Origin: Sphyrna mokarran
Lineage: Eukaryota
Reading direction: 5' to 3'
NCBI GenBank assembly: GCA_024679065.1
Contig: JAGIQG010000008.1
Location: 86,552,001-86,616,000 of the forward strand
DNA length: 64,000 nucleotides
This document shows, piece after piece, positions 63,645 through 64,000 of this stretch. Positions within the stretch are counted from its first letter, which is position 1. Every line of letters starts with the position of its first letter. Made by a program: the position numbers and the translations under genes. The notes beneath the pieces were generated by a model, which saw only the letters and a list, made by a program, of their open reading frames with translations, was not told where the DNA came from and made no database searches.

Positions 63645-64000
63645 GAGACTTGCATTTCAATAGCACATTTCACGACCATAGGACAGTTGAAATACTTTTA
63701 CAGCCAATTAATTGCTTGGAAGCCTGTTCATTGTTGCAATGTAGGGAGCACGGCAGTCAATTTGCAAGAGCAAGCACCGGGAAAAGCAACGTAACATTAA
63801 GTAGATCATTTGTTTTTCCTGTCAGGTTGAATGATAGATAAATACTGACCACCAGGGGCACTGCCTTGCTCTTCTTCTACATTGTGTTATGAGATCTTTC
63901 CAAAAAGCAGAAGTTTAGTTTAAAGCCTTCCAGCGATGCAACACATTCTCAGTACTCCACTGGAGTCAACTTTTTGACGTTTGTATTCAACTCCTGGAGT
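63645..64000 (-). mobile_element. Old SacSINE1/Deu-domain-like SINE with L2-type tail (runs off the window)
   Basis: acttgcatttcaatagcac (reverse of L2-type tail gctat..aaatgcaagt), tgttgcaatgtagg, ctcagtactccactggagt. Confidence 0.6.

Overview
Vertebrate nuclear DNA, almost certainly an elasmobranch (shark), judged from HE1/V-SINE-type, SacSINE1-like, CR1, Penelope-like and PIF/Harbinger repeats. The first ~36 kb hold the last six coding exons of USH1C (harmonin) on the + strand. Spliced, they give 124 aa covering PDZ3 and the C-terminal PDZ-binding motif (...EYEDEVTFF*), followed by a probable ~2.4 kb 3' UTR. The introns are full of TE relics, including a Gypsy LTR/integrase relic, a young 5'-truncated CR1 and Harbinger transposase fossils, plus an H2B pseudogene. 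At ~51.7-53.6 kb there is a CpG-enriched island with a near-canonical RE1/NRSE (REST) site, a uORF-dense leader and candidate small first exons of an unidentified + strand gene. The most unusual signals are: (i) minimal hammerhead-ribozyme motifs in Penelope-like terminal repeats, one with an intact core in sense orientation in a USH1C intron; (ii) several apparent locally templated duplication scars from ~20 to ~330 bp; (iii) a CR1 3' end occupying the branch-point zone of a USH1C PDZ3 exon; (iv) an open second reading frame in the last exon. Most ORFs in the supplied track are spurious. I found no clearly novel multi-gene system. Repeat-family names and protein comparisons are from recalled sequences, not database searches.
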